Part shown: positions 32,692 to 42,193 of the stretch, in pieces
Layout: each line of letters opens with the position of its first letter
Position numbering within the stretch: position 1 is the first letter of the stretch
Origin: Ilumatobacteraceae bacterium
GTDB taxonomy: Bacteria > Actinomycetota > Acidimicrobiia > Acidimicrobiales > Ilumatobacteraceae
Direction: 5' to 3'
Assembly (NCBI GenBank): GCA_963746285.1
Contig: CAVVAO010000020.1
Coordinates: 9,476 to 73,475 of the forward strand
DNA: 64,000 nucleotides
Position numbers and translations under genes: made by a program
Notes under the pieces: generated by a model
Told to the model about the DNA's origin: nothing
Database searches by the model: none
The model's input: the letters and a program-made list of their open reading frames with translations, nothing else

Positions 32692-35228
32692 GTGATCGAC
32701 ATCGACGCGGCACTGGCCGCACTCTCACTCGACGACAAGTGCCGCCTCGTGGCCGGCGAGACCACGTGGCGCACGCACGCGTTCCCCGAGGCCGGCGTCC
32801 CGCAGATCAAGATGTCCGACGGACCCAACGGTGTCCGCGGCGAGGGCCACGGTGGAGCAGGAACGCCCGGCGTGGTGGTGCCGTCGGGCATCACCACGGG
32901 CGCGACATGGGATCCCGATCTGGCCGCCGAACTCGGCGCGCTGCGTCGGCATCGAAGCGATCCGCAAGGGCGCACACATCGTGCTCGGCCCCACCGTCAA
33001 CCTGCATCGCACGCCCGTCGGGGGACGCACGTTCGAGTGCTACAGCGAGGATCCCGAGCTCAGCGGCTCGCTCGGATCTGCCTGGGTCCGCGGCGTCCAG
33101 TCACACGACGTGGCCGTCACCGTCAAGCACTTCGTGGCCAACGACACCGAGGTCGAACGGATGACCGTCGACGTCGACGTCGACGAGCGCACGCTCCGCG
33201 AGCTCTACCTCCGACCGTTCGAGCGCACCGTCAAGGAAGCGGGCGCCTGGGGCATCATGAGCTCGTACAACAAGGTCGCCGGCGAACACGCCGCACAGAA
33301 CCGACGGCTGCTCACCGAGATCCTGCGCGACGAGTGGGGCTTCGACGGTTTCGTCGTGTCCGACTGGTACGGCGTCCACGAGGCCGCCCCCGCGGCGAAC
33401 GCCGGCCTCGACCTGGAGATGCCCGGACCGGTGCGCGTCTACGGCGACAAGCTGGTGGCCGCGGTCGAGCGGGGCGACGTCGACGAGGCACAGGTCGATC
33501 GGCTCGTGCGCGACCTGCTCGTACTCGCCAACCGGGTGCGCGCCGACGAGCGCTCGGCCGACCGAGCCGAGGAGTCGGTCGACGACCCGGACGAGCGGGC
33601 GCTCACCCGACGTGCGGCGATCGCCGGCACCGTGCTGCTGCGCAACGAGCCCCGTCAGGCCGGCGCCGCGCCCGTCCTCCCGGTCGACGCGACCGACGAT
33701 CCGGCGGTCGCGGTGATCGGCCCGAACGCGGCGATCGACCGGTGCATGGGCGGTGGTTCGGCCAGCCTCACCCCGTTCCGCCACCGCACGTTGCTCGCAG
33801 GCGATCACCGACCGCCTCGGCCCGGGCACGGCGACCGATGCCGAGATCGTGTACGAGACCGGTGTGCGCATCGACCGGCTCACCCCGGTCGTCCGCAAGG
33901 GCCAGCTCGCTCAGCCCGACCGGCGACCCGGGACTCACCGTCTCGTACGTCAACGGCAGCGACTGGACCGCCGATGTCGTCCTCGAACAGCCGACACCGA
34001 CCACGCTCGTCCGATTCTTCGGATCGGTTCCCGCGGGCGTCGACCCACGGAAGTTCTCGGCCCGGATCGAGGGCTCGTTCGTCCCCGACGTCGACGGGCC
34101 GCACACGATCGGCGTCGTGACCACCGGCCCGATGGCCGTCGCGGTCGACACCGGCAACGGCCTCGAGGAGGTGCTCGACGATCGGGACATGTCGCTGCCG
34201 CGCAGCGAGGAGTTCTTCGGCTACGGGAGCATCGAGGTCACCCACGACATCGAGTGCCGCGCCGGCCAGGCCGTTCCGCTGGACATCGGTTTCGCAACAG
34301 CGTCAGGCAACGGGTTCGCCGCGATCCGCGTCGGGATCCGCCCGCCGGAACCGGCCGACCTGATGGACCGGGCCGTTGCCGCTGCCGCCGACGCCGACCT
34401 CGCGGTGGTGATGGTCGGCACGAACGACGAGTGGGAGACCGAGGGTCACGATCGCACGACGATGGACCTGCCCGGCCGCCAGGACGAACTCGTCCGCCGC
34501 GTCGTCGCGGCGAATCCGAACACGGCGGTGATCGTGAACGCCGGATCGCCGGTGACGATGGACTGGGCCGAGCCGGACGATCCGGGTTCGGCACCTGCCG
34601 TTCTCACGTCGTTCTTCGCCGGCCAGGAACAGGCCGAGGCACTCGTCGACGTGCTCCTCGGTGTCGCCGATCCCGGCGGCCGTCTGCCCACGACCATCCC
34701 GAAGCGCCTCATCGACCATCCCGCGTACCTCTTCCTCGCGCCCGACCACGACAGCACCGGGGCCGGCACCCAGCGCTACGGCGAGGGCCTGTTCATCGGC
34801 TACCGCGGGTACGACGCCCGCGAACTCGCTCCCCGGTTCGCCTTCGGCCACGGCCTGAGCTACGGCGCCGCCGACTGGGGTGAGCCGACCGCCTCGGCCA
34901 CGACGATCGCGGTCGGCGACACGGTCGACGTGACGGTGCCGGTGACGTGCCACCGGCGAACCGCGACGCGACCGTCGTCGTCCAGGGCTACGTCGCGCCG
35001 GTGGCACCGATCGGCCGTCCGACCGCCCGAAGGAACTGAAGTCGTGGGCCAAGCTCGTGGTCCCGGCGGGCTCCACAGTCGGACGCGACGCTGCACTTCG
35101 GCCCCGAGGCGTTCCACCACTGGGACACCGCGACCGCCGGCTGGCTGATCGAACCGGGCGAGTACGACCTCGTCATCGGCGCCTCGGCCGACGACGAACA
35201 CGCCCGCATCCGCATCACCGTCACCTGA
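32692..35228 (+). pseudogene. Glycoside hydrolase family 3 beta-glucosidase, at least 7 apparent frameshifts
   Basis: GH3 motifs are spread over three frames (KMSDGPNGVRG; GPTVNLHRTPVGGRTFECYSEDP; KHFVANDTE; GFVVSDW; ..NDEWETEGHDR..DLPG.Q..L; C-terminal ..HFGPEAFHHWD..W.IEPGEYDLVIGASADD). Shifts lie near 32945, 33795, 33905, 34948, 34961, 35015 and 35080. Confidence 0.9.
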
Positions 35229-35242
35229 CCGCAACTCACCCG

Positions 35243-35364
35243 CCCAGCGATGAGCCAACCGCCCGAATAGCGACACTTCGCTCATCGCACACCGGAGACC
35301 TGACCCAGCGATGAGCCAACCGCCCGAATAGCGACACTTCGCTCATCGCAGACCGGAGACCTGA
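35243..35364 (+). repeat. Repeat family 4: two tandem 61-nt units, each with the hairpin gcgatgagc-n24-gctcatcgc
   Basis: Units 35243-35303 and 35304-35364 differ at one position. An inverted, diverged copy lies at 50877-50923. Confidence 0.85.
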
Positions 35365-35419
35365 CGGGCGGAGCGATCGAGGGCGACAGGCCGACGATGG
35401 CCGCTAGCGTCGGAGCGTC

Positions 35420-36109
35420 ATGGTCGGCATCGTCGCCAACATCATCACCGACTTCACCGACTGGATCGACGAGTTCTCCGCGAACTGGTGGTTCCTGCTC
35501 GTCATCTTCGCGGTGGCGCTGCTCGACTCGGTGCTCCCGATCGTCCCGGGCGAGACGACGGTCATCGCGGGCGGCGTCGCTGCCGGCGCCGGCAATCAGA
35601 GCCTGGCCCTCGTGATCTTCGCCGGTGCGTCCGGCGCCTTCATCGGCGACAACCTCGCGTACTCGATCGGCAACCACTTCGAACCACGGGTGCGGGCGTG
35701 GGCCGCACGCAAACCGAACCGTGCGGCCCGGCTCGATTCGGCCGGGCGCCAGATCAAGAAGCGCGGCGGGATGCTGCTCGTCACGGCCCGATTCATCCCG
35801 GGTGGGCGCAGCATCCTCACGATCTCGTCGGGCATCACCCAACAACCACGAGTGTGGTTCGCGACCTGGGTGGCGATCGCGGTGACGATCTGGGCGACGT
35901 ACGCGGCCGTGCTCGGCTACCTGTTCGGACAGGCGTTCGAGGACAACCACACCGCGGCGTTCTGGCTGGCGTTCGGCACGGCCCTGTCGATCACCCTGCT
36001 CGTCGAGGTGATCCGCTGGATCAGGGATCGCCGAGCCGCGAGCAGGGCGATACCGGCCGTCGCAGTGATTGCGCACGCCGACGACGCCGACCGTACGCTG
36101 GGCGGATGA
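35420..36109 (+). CDS. DedA/VTT-domain family membrane protein
   Basis: 229 aa with ..LLDSVLPIVPGETTVIAGG.. and ..FIPGGRS... Its stop overlaps the next start (ATGA at 36106-36109). Confidence 0.85.
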   Translation: MVGIVANIITDFTDWIDEFSANWWFLLVIFAVALLDSVLPIVPGETTVIAGGVAAGAGNQSLALVIFAGASGAFIGDNLAYSIGNHFEPRVRAWAARKPNRAARLDSAGRQIKKRGGMLLVTARFIPGGRSILTISSGITQQPRVWFATWVAIAVTIWATYAAVLGYLFGQAFEDNHTAAFWLAFGTALSITLLVEVIRWIRDRRAASRAIPAVAVIAHADDADRTLGG

Positions 36110-37076
36110 TCGCTCTGGTCCCGGTTCGCGACGGCGTGCTGCCCGCCGGCGCACCCGACGCGATCGCCGAGGCCGGCGGCCGCGTCGTGATCGCCGGATC
36201 GGGGACCGCCGACGCCGCCATCGACGGGCTGGCATCGCAGGTGTACCTCGCCGAACTCGGCCCCGTCGAGATCGCACGCTGGACCAACGCCCTGGCATCC
36301 GCCGTCGCCAATCTCGCCGACAGCGACATCGTGGTCCTCCCCCACTCACCGGACGGCCGCGACCTCGCCCCCCGCCTGGCCGCAGCACTCGAGCGACCGC
36401 TGCTCGCCGGCGCTACCGAGGTCGGCGCCCACCGCGTCCGTGTCGCCGCGCCGCGGCGGACTCGAACTTCACGAGCTCCGGCCGACCGGTCCGTTCGTCG
36501 CCACGCTGCAACCGGGCACCCGCGGCGGCCTCACGCTCGGCACGCCGCCCGAGGTGCACCAGCTCGATCTCGATGCCGCCACCATGCCTTTCGGGTCGGG
36601 TCCGAAAAGACGGGTCCGAAAGACTGGCGAGACGCACGACGCGCAGGTGGTCGAGGTGTTGCCGCCCGACGTGATGACGATGGACCTCACCGAGGCGAGC
36701 CGGATCGTGGGCGGTGGCGCCGGCCTCGACAGCAATGATCGCTTCGTCCAACTCGACCGATTCGCGGTCGCCATCGGGGGCGTGATGGGAGCCACCCGGG
36801 TGATCACCGACCGCTCGTGGGTGCATCACGACCGTCAGATCGGCACGACCGGCGTGGTCGTCGACCCCGAGCTGTACCTGTCGTTCGGTGTGAGCGGCGC
36901 CGTCCAGCACACGAGCGGGCTCGGCCAACCCGACCACATCATCAGCGTGAACACCGATCCGCACTGTCCCGATGATGTCGATGTCCGACCTCGCGATCGT
37001 CGCCGACGCCAACGAGACGCTCGAGGAACTGCTTCGTCAACTCGACGCCACCGACGCGACGCGGGAGACCTCGTGA
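36106..37076 (+). pseudogene. EtfA/FixB-like electron transfer flavoprotein alpha subunit (second copy), two apparent frameshifts (about 36445 and 36968)
   Basis: The N-terminus MIALVPVRDG.. lies in the frame of ORF 35488... The FAD-domain core (..IVGGGAGL..FAVAIGGVMGATRVITD..W..QIGTTGVVV.P.LYLSFGVSGAVQH) lies in ORF 36440... The C-terminus PMMSMSDLAIVADANETLEELLRQL..* lies in a third frame and ends at 37076. Confidence 0.8.
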
Positions 37077-38372
37077 CCCTCGACGCCATCGTGGTGGGCG
37101 CCGGACCGGCGGGGTCGGCGGCCGCCACGGTGCTGGCCCGCAAGGGCTACTCGGTGATCCTGCTCGAACGGGGTTCGTTTCCCGGGTCGAAGAACATGTA
37201 CGGCGGCGTGGTGTACCCGCGCATCCTCGATCAGCTGCACCCCGAATGGTGGAACGACGCGCCGATCCAGCGCTGGATCACCCGCCGCTCGACGATGGTG
37301 CTCACCGACACCCAGGCGCTCACGGTCGACTTCCGCTCGGCCAACTGGGGCCGACCTCCCTACAACGGCGCCACCGCGTATCGCCCCGACTGGGACCACT
37401 GGCTGGCGAGCAAGGCCGAGGCCGACGGTGCCCAGCTCGTCTGTTCCACCACCGCCACCGGCCTGCTGCGCGACGCGGGCGGCCAGGTCATCGGCGTCAC
37501 CACCGACCGCCCCGACGGCGACCTGCACGCTCGCGTCGTCATCGCCTGCGACGGTGTGAACAGCTTCCTCGCCAAGGAGGCAGGTCTGTACGGCGAGGTC
37601 GACGCCGCCAACTACACCGTCGGCGTCAAGGAGACCATCGCGCTGCCCAAGCACGTGATCGACGAGCGCTTCGGCGTGCGCGATCGCGAGGGGGTCGACA
37701 TCGAGATCCTCGGTGGCACATCGGGCGTGAACGGCGGAGGGTTCGTCTACACGAACCTCGACACGCTCGCCGTGGGCGTGGTGCTGAAGCTCCCCAAGCT
37801 CGCCGCCCAGCAGCTGCGGCCCGAGGAGATCATCGCCAACCTCAAGGTCACACCCGGGCATCGCCCCGCTGGTCGAGGGTGGCGAGATCAAGGAGTACTC
37901 GGCCCACGTCATCCCCGAGGCCGGCCTGTCGATGATGCCGAAGATGACCGGCGACGGGATGTTGGTCGCCGGTGACGCCGCGGCGTTGTGCCTGGCGGCC
38001 GGCATCTGGCTCGAAGGCGTGAACTTCGCGATGGCGAGTGGGATGTACGCCGCCGAGGCCGCCGCCGAGGCGCTCGCCGCGAACGACACCTCGGCCGACG
38101 GGTTGGCCGGATACGAACGGCGCCTGAACGACACGTTCGTGCTCCGCGACCACCGCAAGCTCCGTCGCGCCCCGTCGCTCGTGCTGTCCGATCGCGTTCA
38201 GCATCTCTATCCAGACATGATCGCCAATACGGTGGAGCGCATGTTCCGCGTCGACAATCCAGCACCCAAGCCGGGCCTGCGGCGCATGCTCGACGAGGAG
38301 CGCAGACGCGCCGGCGTCAAGCTCAAGGATCTGGCGCGCGACGCTCTCGACGGCCTGCGGAGTTTCGGGTGA
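37073..38372 (+). pseudogene. fixC: FixC-type ETF-quinone oxidoreductase (FAD), one apparent frameshift near 37850
   Basis: The GTG start overlaps the upstream stop (GTGA). Motifs include DAIVVGAGPAGSAAA..LLERG.FPG.KN..GG and, after the shift, ..APLVEGGEIKEYSAHVIPE.G...PKMTGDGMLVAGDAA.. Confidence 0.85.
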
Positions 38373-38665
38373 GCGAGCGCTGGCCCGAGCTCTCGTTCGA
38401 GGACCTGATCGGCACGACCCGCTTCGACGTCCACGAGCGCGCCCACATCACCGTCGACGACGAGATCTGCGCCGACTGCTCGACCCGCGGTTGCGTGGTC
38501 GCCTGCCCCGCCAACCTGTTCGTGCCGACGAGCGACGGCGGGATCCTCTTCAACTACGAGCAGTGCTTCGAATGTGGCACGTGCTACCTGGTGTGCAACG
38601 AGGAAGGCGCCATCACCTGGACCTATCCCGAGGGCGGCCACGGCGTCGTCTTCAAGCGAACCTGA
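38369..38665 (+). CDS. fixX: FixX-type ferredoxin-like protein
   Basis: 98 aa from a GTG overlapping the fixC stop (GTGA). It carries CxxC..C..CP and C..C..C motifs (ICADCSTRGCVVACPANLF..CFECGTCYLVC). Confidence 0.85.
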   Translation: MSERWPELSFEDLIGTTRFDVHERAHITVDDEICADCSTRGCVVACPANLFVPTSDGGILFNYEQCFECGTCYLVCNEEGAITWTYPEGGHGVVFKRT

Positions 38666-38683
38666 CGGCGCGATGGGGACCTC

Positions 38684-39568
38684 GTGACGATCGCCGTCTG
38701 CTGGAAGTGGGTGTCGCTCGACCGCGAGCGTGAAGCCGACCGACGGTGGTCGGGTGTCTCTGCCGCCGACGAGGCGGCGCTCGAGGTCGCGCTGGGCCTC
38801 GCCGAACGAGCCGACGAGACACCCGGCGCGCCCCCGAGTGAGGTCACGGTGATCTGCCTCGGACCGCCGAGCGCAGACGACGTGCTGCGCGACGCCATCG
38901 CGGCCGGAGCCACCGCTGCCGTGCGTGTCGACGCCTCGACCGAACTCGACAGCCAGGTCGTCGCCGTCGCACTCGCCGAACACCTCGGCGACCGGGATCT
39001 CGTCGTGTGCGGCGACTACTCGCTCGATCGCGGCACCGGCTCCGTCCCGGCGTTCCTCGCCGGCGAGCTGTCGATGGCCCAGGCGCTCGGGCTGGTGGAG
39101 GTCGACCTCGACCGCAACGACGCGGGCACGCGGTCCCCGGAGACCCGGGCTCGGGGAACCACGACCGCCCTGCGCGTCGTTCGGCGTCTCGACGGCGGGC
39201 GGCGCGAGATCCTCGACGTGACCCCGCCGGCGGTGCTGTCCGTCGAGGGCTCGACCGCGTCGCTGCGCCGTGCGTCGCTGGCGGCGTCGCTGGCTGCTCG
39301 CACCGCACCGGTCACGACGGTTCGCGGACCACATGGCCGCCTCCCGGAGGCCGAGATCCACCCGTACCGGCCGAGGGCACGCGTCCTGCCCGCCCCCAAG
39401 GGTCGGTCGCTCGACCGCGTCCGCCAGATCCTCGACGTCGGCGGCAGCGACACACACGCCGAACTCGTCACGCTCGACGCACCGGCGGCCGCGTCGAAGA
39501 TCCTCGACCAGCTCCGCAGCTGGGGGTACCTCGATGCTCCTGCATCGGGACGCCCCGGAGCGCGCTGA
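38684..39568 (+). CDS. EtfB/FixA-like electron transfer flavoprotein beta subunit (second copy)
   Basis: 294 aa with MTIAVCWKWV.., ..LVVCGDYSLDRGTGSVPAFLAGEL.. and an EtfB-like fold pattern. It is divergent from the canonical EtfB at 1084-1851. Confidence 0.75.
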   Translation: MTIAVCWKWVSLDREREADRRWSGVSAADEAALEVALGLAERADETPGAPPSEVTVICLGPPSADDVLRDAIAAGATAAVRVDASTELDSQVVAVALAEHLGDRDLVVCGDYSLDRGTGSVPAFLAGELSMAQALGLVEVDLDRNDAGTRSPETRARGTTTALRVVRRLDGGRREILDVTPPAVLSVEGSTASLRRASLAASLAARTAPVTTVRGPHGRLPEAEIHPYRPRARVLPAPKGRSLDRVRQILDVGGSDTHAELVTLDAPAAASKILDQLRSWGYLDAPASGRPGAR

Positions 39569-39577
39569 GCCGCCGCG

Positions 39578-41542
39578 ATGCGACTGGGCGACGCGACGTG
39601 GCCGGAGGTCCACGGCATCACACGACGGCGTACCGACGAAGAGGCACCCGCGCCCATCGTGTTGATTCCGGTCGGCTCGACCGAGCAGCACGGACCCCAC
39701 CTCCCGCTCGCGACCGACACGATCATCGCCGAGGAACTCGCCGGGCGGGCGGTCCACCACACCGATGGCCTGATGATCGGCCCGACGATCGGTGTGACAT
39801 CGTCCGGTGAGCACGCCGGCTTCCCGGGCACGCTGTCGATCGGTTCGACGGTGACCACCTCGGTGATCGTCGAGTTGGTCCGCAGTGCCGACTGGGCTGC
39901 GGGCGTCGTACTGGTCAACGGTCACGGCGGGAACCACGCCTCGATCTCCGAGGCCGTGGCGATCGTCACCGCGGAGGGGCGTCGCGCCCTCGCCTGGTCG
40001 CCGAAGTGGCCGCAACGTCGCGACGGCGGGCCTGCCGATCTCCACGCGGGGCGTATCGAGACCTCGATGATGCTGGCGATCGATCCCGGCCTGGTGCGAC
40101 TCGAACTCGCCGAGCGAGGCGCCGACGCCACGATCGCGGAACTCCGTGAGCGGGGCGTGCGCGCCGTGAGCGCCAGCGGTGTCCTCGGTGACCCCGACGG
40201 TGCGTCCGGTCGGGAGGGCGAACGGTTCATCACCGCGTTCGTCGCCGACCTCGTCCACCAGATCGAGCGCTGGCGACCGCTCGACCCTCCGGCACGGATG
40301 GCTGAGGTGCGGCTCCGAGTCGACGGGTCCTGGCAACGGTTCGGCGACGCCGTGCTGGCGGGGTCGCCGCTGCGCCTCTTCCGCCTGACCGCAGGCGGCG
40401 TCGCGGTCGCCGAGGACATCGAAGCAGGCCGCGAGGTGCGCCGCTCGACCTTGACCGACCGTCTCACCGACGCCGGCGCGGCACATCCGATGCCAGCGAC
40501 CGCGTCGTCGCAACGGTTCTCCGTCGATGACGTCACCGTGGTCACACCACAGCTCGGCGGCGTCGCCCACGACGACGGGCGCCTCACCGTCGACGACGGA
40601 TCCGTTCCCCCGCTCGCCTCGGCAAGCGTACGGCTCGACGCCAACCGAGGTCCCGCAGCGGCGCGGAATGCCGCGAGACCGCTCGTCGCCACGCCGCTCG
40701 TCGCGTTCGTCGACGCCGACGTCACCACGTCGCGACGGGAGTGGTTCGTTCCGTTGCTCTGGCATTTCGACGACCCTCGGGTCGCGATGGTCGCTCCCCG
40801 GGTACGGGGCGAGGTCCGGTCGCCGCTCGACCTCGGTGATCAGCCGGGTCGGGTCCGCGCCGGAACCCGGGTGAGCTACGTGCCGGGCGCGGCGCTGGTG
40901 GTGCGTGTCGAGGCGCTCGACGCGATCGGGGGCTTCGACGAGCGGCTGCGCTTCGGCGAGGACGTCGACCTGGTCTGGCGTCTCGACGACGCCGGATGGC
41001 ACTGCCGCTACGACCCCGCCGTGACCGTGTGGCACGAGCCACGCGACACCTGGCGGGCACGACTCCGCCAACACGCCGGCTACGGGACTTCCGCCGCGCC
41101 GCTGGCGTTGCGACACCCGAGGGCCTTGTCGCCGCTGCACGTGAACGGCTGGACCGCAGCGACGTGGTCGATGGCGCTGCTGGGTTGCGTCGCGGGAGCG
41201 CTCGCGTTGGGAGCGGGCAGCAGTGCGGCCCTCATCCGCAAGCTGCCCGACGTACCGCCCCGCGCCTCGTTCGGGCTGGCGGTGCGCGGCCACCTCCTCG
41301 CGGGTCGACAGATCGCCGAGTCGGCTCGCCGGGTCTGGTGGCCGATCCTCGTCGTTGCGGCGCTCGTGTCTCGTCGCGCCCGCTGGTGGGCGGCGCTCGC
41401 ACTGTTGAGCGATGTGCGCCGCGCCCCGACCGACCTCGCGTACGGCTGGGGGGTGTGGGTCGGAATGCGCCGCGTGCGCACGCTGGCGCCGCTGGTGCCC
41501 CGCCTCAGCGCATGGCCGGGGCGTCAGCGGACACGTGCGTGA
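39578..41542 (+). CDS. mftE-mftF: In-frame MftE-like (creatininase-family peptidase) and MftF-like (mycofactocin glycosyltransferase) open frame
   Basis: Residues 1-240 carry the creatininase motifs (PVGSTEQHGPHLPLATD, NGHGGN, HAG..ET). From MAEVRLRVDG (ATG 40298, same frame, no stop) the sequence aligns by eye with mycobacterial MftF (LAGSPLRLFRL; VAFVDADV; W..LL.HF.DPRVA.VAPR; SYVPGAALV; GEDVDLVWRL; C-terminal TM region). Confidence 0.85.
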   Translation: MRLGDATWPEVHGITRRRTDEEAPAPIVLIPVGSTEQHGPHLPLATDTIIAEELAGRAVHHTDGLMIGPTIGVTSSGEHAGFPGTLSIGSTVTTSVIVELVRSADWAAGVVLVNGHGGNHASISEAVAIVTAEGRRALAWSPKWPQRRDGGPADLHAGRIETSMMLAIDPGLVRLELAERGADATIAELRERGVRAVSASGVLGDPDGASGREGERFITAFVADLVHQIERWRPLDPPARMAEVRLRVDGSWQRFGDAVLAGSPLRLFRLTAGGVAVAEDIEAGREVRRSTLTDRLTDAGAAHPMPATASSQRFSVDDVTVVTPQLGGVAHDDGRLTVDDGSVPPLASASVRLDANRGPAAARNAARPLVATPLVAFVDADVTTSRREWFVPLLWHFDDPRVAMVAPRVRGEVRSPLDLGDQPGRVRAGTRVSYVPGAALVVRVEALDAIGGFDERLRFGEDVDLVWRLDDAGWHCRYDPAVTVWHEPRDTWRARLRQHAGYGTSAAPLALRHPRALSPLHVNGWTAATWSMALLGCVAGALALGAGSSAALIRKLPDVPPRASFGLAVRGHLLAGRQIAESARRVWWPILVVAALVSRRARWWAALALLSDVRRAPTDLAYGWGVWVGMRRVRTLAPLVPRLSAWPGRQRTRA

Positions 41543-42146
41543 ACCGAGCGACGTCCGTGGCGGCGGGCACTTCCTCCCGAGCCTCGACGATCGCGCCGCC
41601 GCAGCCGGTCGCTGATGTCGTTGCAGTCGGCACAGCCCCAGATCGCGCTGTAGGCGATGCAGCCGAGACAGATCGCGAAGACGGCTTCGAGCGTGGCGGC
41701 CACCGCGAGCAGCCCCGTCAGCACCAGCGCGACGCTCGGGTGCACCGAGCGCCCACGCGAGCGATGCCGACGCCGTGAAGGCGAGCCCGATCGCCTGCGC
41801 GAAGCGCTTCGGCCGAGCCGGGAACCTGCCGCGATTCGAACCCTGGTCGGCGGCGATGCAGCTGTCGCTCGACTGCAGGGGTGGCGATCCTGGTGACGAA
41901 CTGTCCGAGCGGCGAGAGGGTCGGTCCGGTGGCCACGCGTGCGAGGAAGCCGTAGGTGAGCGGCACGAGCACCCACCACTCGCGCACGACGAGGAACACG
42001 ATCGCCTGGGCCACGACACCGGCGGCGACGAGGCGGGCCGAGGTCTCGTTGACCGGGTCCGGAAAGCTCAGCAGTCCTCGCAGGTTCACCTCGGAAACGC
42101 TATCGCCGACAATCCCGATCAACAAGGTCGGGATTCGTGGAGCCAT
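41524..42146 (-). pseudogene. DUF4395 domain membrane protein, at least 2 apparent frameshifts
   Basis: The fragments lie in three frames: N-terminus (..SFPDPVNETSARLVAAGVV..LTYGFLARVATGP.LSPLG), middle (..PKRFAQAIGLAFTASASL..) and C-terminus (..AATLEAVFAICLGC..). Confidence 0.55.
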
Positions 42147-42193
42147 CGAGTGCGTCGCTCCCGCGGCGACGACTCGCCAGTAGCGTCGCCGAC

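Noticed and set aside
35247-35290. Small peptide ORF conserved between family-4 copies: MSEVSLFGRLAHRW.. on the minus strand here and MSEKPLSGRFAHRW.. at 50882 on the plus strand.
   Set aside because: The similarity is explained by the palindromic DNA arms (atgagcgaa/ttcgctcat). There is no RBS, the downstream frames diverge immediately, and the differences are not biased to synonymous positions.
35243-35364. Possible CRISPR array, suggested by the tandem direct repeats here and at 48080-48243.
   Set aside because: Each locus has only two abutting units with no unique spacers, the unit lengths are 61-83 nt, and there are no cas genes. These are tandem duplications of hairpin elements, not CRISPR.
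38207-42019. Very long antisense ORFs: the 1270-aa ORF here, plus 5632..6546, 9883..11019, 51967..53835, 46244..48130 upstream of 48049, and the 5' extension of 19412..22165.
   Set aside because: They are Arg/Pro/Gly-rich shadow frames opposite or overlapping clearly homologous genes, as expected in high-GC DNA with few stop codons. They are not independent genes.
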